The position numbers and the translations under genes were made by a program. DNA of 64,000 bases from NCBI GenBank assembly GCA_043228905.1, contig JBHGNT010000012.1, forward strand, positions 19,034,001-19,098,000, given 5' to 3'. The DNA comes from Azolla caroliniana (lineage: Eukaryota > Plantae > Polypodiophyta). Below the pieces are notes generated by a model that saw only the letters and a list, made by a program, of their open reading frames with translations, was not told the origin of the DNA and ran no database searches. Of this stretch, positions 63,661 through 64,000 are shown one piece after another (positions within the stretch are counted from its first letter, which is position 1; each line of letters begins with the position of its first letter).

Positions 63661-64000
63661 CTTCTGTGTTATCGTCGCTCTGATACCACTTTGTAAAGCT
63701 TTGACGCTATCAAATCTTTCGCCTCTCGGCCACAACCGAGACAACACGGATCAATGCAGCAGAAAATAAAAACAAAGACACAGAGAGATGAATACACAGG
63801 GTATAACGTGGAAAACCCTAAACGGGAAAAACCACGGGAGTGCACGACTCCAACTACCACTATACACTGGAATATACAATGGCGAGCTGCAAGGCGACGA
63901 CCTTGAGCTCGCTGTCCTCGCCACAGGCGGCGGTATTACACAGAGGCGTCGACCTCTTCGTTTCTCTCTCTCTCTCTCTCTCGCGGCTGCTCTCACTTCG

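Larger units (their letters stand above)
58898..64000 (-). mobile_element. Ty1/Copia element (Copia-2, Tnt1/Tork-like); 5' LTR runs off the window
   Basis: 3' LTR 58898-59573; 5' LTR from 63692; the ~309 bp shared appear identical; PBS TGGTATCAGAGC at 63688-63677; PPT at 59574-59583. Confidence 0.97.

Noticed and set aside
63661-63747. ORF-track N-terminal extension of the Copia-2 polyprotein
   Set aside because: Begins at a non-ATG codon inside the LTR and crosses the PBS; the first ATG is at 63660.

Overview
Land-plant nuclear DNA, probably a non-seed plant such as a fern (inferred from gene and transposon style, not proven). Five apparently intact genes were reconstructed by hand from GT-AG junctions: a SNAP33-like SNARE (+), an hnRNP Q/R-like 3-RRM protein (-), an intronless DREB/TINY-type AP2 factor (-), a conserved plant coiled-coil protein (-) and cpSRP43/CAO (+). 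There is also a broken GH17 beta-1,3-glucanase/X8 pseudogene. The rest is a transposon mosaic: LINEs of two clades, hAT-type MITEs, solo LTRs, and a nested stack at 49.8-64 kb containing two young Copia elements, one with an intact ORF. The most unusual signal is a set of three related TGTCG...CGACA-bounded solo-LTR-like inserts (778-1523, 37085-37830, 40719-41816). All three sit in 4-bp ACGN target duplications, and two carry an antisense tRNA-like A/B-box cassette. Also notable is a ~164-bp target-site-like duplication that copies the cpSRP43 upstream region around a LINE insertion. All coordinates were read by eye and may be off by a few bases.
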